From NCBI GenBank assembly GCA_010356995.1, contig ML996693.1, positions 868,001-932,000 of the forward strand: a stretch of 64,000 nt of DNA, written 5' to 3'. A program made the translations under genes and the position numbers. Position 1 is the stretch's first letter. Every line of letters begins with the position of its first letter. This document shows, piece by piece, positions 61,115 to 64,000 of the stretch. Source of the DNA: Trichodelitschia bisporula (lineage: Eukaryota). The notes beneath the pieces were generated by a model, which had not been told where the DNA came from, did not search any database, and was given only the letters and a program-made list of their open reading frames with translations.

Positions 61115-63392
61115 TCATCCCGTACTCCCTCCACTAGCCCTTCTCCTCTCCTCCTCCGCCCTCATCCTCTCCCTCGCCTCCAACTTCGCCGCTTGCGCCG
61201 GCGCCCTCGTCTTCAACTCCCCCGTAACCCGCTGCAAGTAAACCGGGACATCGACACCACTCTTCAAGAAGAACAGCTTCAGGTTGCGCGCCTTGTCCTT
61301 CAACTGCACCTGATTGCGATCCTTCAACACCTCACTGATGCTCCCCCCCGCACCATACAGAGCAAGAATCTGGCTCCAATGCGGGCCCTTCACCCGGTCC
61401 AACCCATCCATTAGCGCCTTCTCCTCATCACTCGTCCACGGCCGCCGCTGCGAGGGCGCTCCCGCCCGCCGCCCAAACCCGTTGGCTCCGGATTTCGGAC
61501 TCGGCGTGCCGCGTCCCGAGGCGTAGGACATCGTAAGTGGCACCCCTTTCCGACCCGGGCTGCGTTCGCCGCGGTCCTTGCCCGGCGAGGGTCGCTTCCT
61601 CCGGTCATCGGGGTGCGTTGGCGAGGGCGAGGGGTACATAGGTGCGGCGGAAGAAGGTAGTTGACCGGAAATGGCAGCATGGGCGGCAAGAGTGGCCTTG
61701 GTGATGGGATCCTCAGGAGGAGGCTGGCATTCGTTAGATTAAGAAAGATCTACTTTGAAGGAGAAACATACCTTGCTGCCGTCCATGCCTTCCACTGCAC
61801 GACGCACGCACACGGCCACCTCCTCGAGGAAGTCGGCCCAGCTGTACTTCTGCGGCAGCTGTGCGAGGGCCTCAATGTCGTCCGAGCCTGCAAGCAAGTA
61901 TTGCCTGCGAGTGTTCACCCGCGAAACGAAGTCCTGCTCGCTCGGCGCCAGATGGCTGGGCTCGGTCCTCCGGCGCAGAATGGAGAGCTGCAAATCACGT
62001 GGGAACAAACGCTCCAGCACTTCTTCTTTCGGATAGTCGCTGCCCAGCATAATGGCAATGTACGCCTGCGTTTTAAGTTCCAGAAACAGTGCGCCTTCGG
62101 ATTTCAGCAACCGCGATCCGGTTGGCATGAAGATGTCCAGAAACGCTTCATTGAGCTCCAAGAATGGCACATCCTGCCCGCGGAACACACATGCAACGAA
62201 CGAAGCTAGATTGGCGCGCCGCAGCGTGCGCGTAGCCCCGGGAGGTGCCGCTGCACCGCCCAGATTCAGTGCGCTCGGCGAGAGAAACAGCATATCGCGG
62301 CCAAAATGGCGCTTCGTCTGCTCGAAGAGCGCTTCGATAGCAGCATACGCCTGACCCTTGCCGCCATCGCCAACAGCACCTGACCCTCCAGCCACCGTGG
62401 CCGTGAATCCCGCCACTCCGCCCGTGAGCAGCGTGTCGAGCAGCTGACGCGCCAGATTATCGAGCACAGGCAAGCTCTGTAGCTGCAACACCGGGTCGAC
62501 AGTGGGGTAAGGCCATGAGTAGTTGTCAACAGGCGAGGGGTAAACAGAGGTTTGGTCGGGCGGCATGCAGTAGGCCGGCTGCAACTGGCGCGTCAGCACC
62601 CCATCGCTGGCGTACGAGCTGATTCCGTTGAGGGAATTGCCGTTCATTTCCATGCCGATTGGGCTTTCAGGTGTCACCGCATCGACGCCGTAATATGGCT
62701 CTGGCGGAGCGTGTTGCGCCGCCGCCGCTGCCGCCGCGTACGGGCTGATGTACCCGCCGTTTGCGGACAGCGGCGTACCCGAGTGCACCTCGCCTTGGAT
62801 CATGGACCAGTATTGGTGGTGGTAAGGCCCATAGGAGTCTCGATTGTCTTCGAAGGGGCCCTCGGGAGATGCCGTGCGGGGTGTGTGCTGCTGTTGTGCG
62901 GTGGAATGGCGGAGCTCCTTGTCAAACGCAAAAAGCTGGTGGTGCGTGAGAGGATTCTCCTTGTCATTCAGCGGCGAGTGGTATGGAGACTTGTAGTCAT
63001 CAAGCGCGGGTGCATGGTGTAGGTGATCGTCGGCGAGGCTGGGGTCTAGATCACTCGTACGGCGTCGCTTTCGAGCGCGTGGATTGAGGTCTAGATCCTG
63101 TTGCTGTTGGTGCTGTTGGTGCTGCTGGTGTTGCTGGTGCTGCTGGTGCTGCTGGTGCTGCTGGTGCTGTTGGTGCTGTTGGTGCTGTTGGGTGGGCGGC
63201 GAGGGCGGCGGGGAATTACGCGCATTCTTCCTGGGGAGCAGGGCTGCGAGGTTAGCGGAGTGGTGGCTGAGACTGTGTTGATGGTTGTGGTTATGATGAG
63301 AATACGGTGATTGGGAGCGAGCTAACGGCATCGACGAATGGACGGAGGGCAGGAGCAATTGAGCCATGATTGAGCATACCGTGAATGTCCAT
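61115..63392 (-). CDS. TBF1: Telomere repeat-binding factor Tbf1-like protein (TRF-like domain + C-terminal telobox Myb)
   Basis: [65 protein letters not shown]; probable micro-exon MDIH at 63392 spliced to ARSQSP (alternative start 63367). Confidence 0.93.
63099..63190 (-). repeat. Coding 9-bp repeat encoding (QHQ)n in TBF1
   Basis: About 10 CAGCACCAG/CAA units. Confidence 0.9.
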
Positions 63393-64000
63393 CCGGTGGG
63401 GGGGGGAGAGAAGAAAGTAAGAGAAGATGTAAGAGGGGAAAGAAGAGAGAAAAGAAGAGAGAAGGAGGGATGAGGGAATAGAAAAGAGAAGAGAAGGAAG
63501 CAACGGCCCTCTAGGCGCGCGCCAGGTTCCCACGAGAATGCAGAGATGGTAAAGAGTAGAGTGGGTTCGGGATTCTGGTAGATGGGAGAGGTCCAGACGG
63601 CCGGTTAAGAAAAGTGATGCAACAAGTTCTCTCAAGCTCTCCCTCCTCTCGGATAGATCTGGCCGATGCCCTAACTAAATCTCTTCGGTGCGGCTTGGCC
63701 TTTAGCGGTAGTGGAGAGGAGCATGGGTAGGTGGTGAGTGCATGTGGATGGGGGAGGGGGAGGGGGAGAGGGAGGGGTAGGAGTAAATAGAGAGAGAGCT
63801 AGGACATGGTGGGGAGACGGAGATACATTGGAGGGAGGGGTGTGAGCAGAGAGAATAGATGGCCTCACGGATCACAACACACGCGATAGATAGACAGAGT
63901 ACGAAGAGAGATGGAATAGATGGATTACTTTAGCACTTGCAGCCAACAGGTCTCACAATCAAGCCACAGGTCAAATTGTCGTCCATCCTAACAAGGCAAT

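Noticed and set aside
55584..63392. MRE11 and TBF1 proximity as a telomere gene cluster
   Set aside because: Separated by unrelated housekeeping genes; no shared regulatory evidence

Overview
Gene-dense, GC-rich eukaryotic DNA from a filamentous ascomycete (Pezizomycotina; short GT-AG introns with CTAAC/CTGAC branch points; Dothideomycete affinity is only my inference). About 22 protein genes are supportable: partial UCS/Cro1-like C-terminus, 2H cyclic phosphodiesterase, GLE1, SSD1, secreted ferritin-like Rds1, a catalytically degenerate patatin/Tgl3-like protein, an intronless bacterial-looking GH13, a small N-acylated protein, a Cys/His-rich C2H2 transcription factor, an I78 inhibitor, RIC1, HIR1, CWF19, NUG1, a bHLH TF, a homeobox TF, a HAD sugar phosphatase, a large low-complexity protein, MRE11, RSM19, TAF10 and TBF1. 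No rRNA, tRNA, CRISPR or recognisable transposon was seen. The most striking observation is a tandem array of four branch-point + acceptor + terminal-exon cassettes (24445-24770) behind a single splice donor in the C2H2 gene. Each cassette completes the last zinc finger with a different recognition helix. Other points of interest are a cluster of CACGTG E-boxes upstream of an H-E-R-type bHLH gene, a candidate horizontally acquired GH13, a frameshifting 47-nt homopolymer in a CDS, and a recurrent C-rich-5'/G-rich-3' polarity along genes. Exon boundaries were read by eye and family calls come from motif recognition, not database searches.
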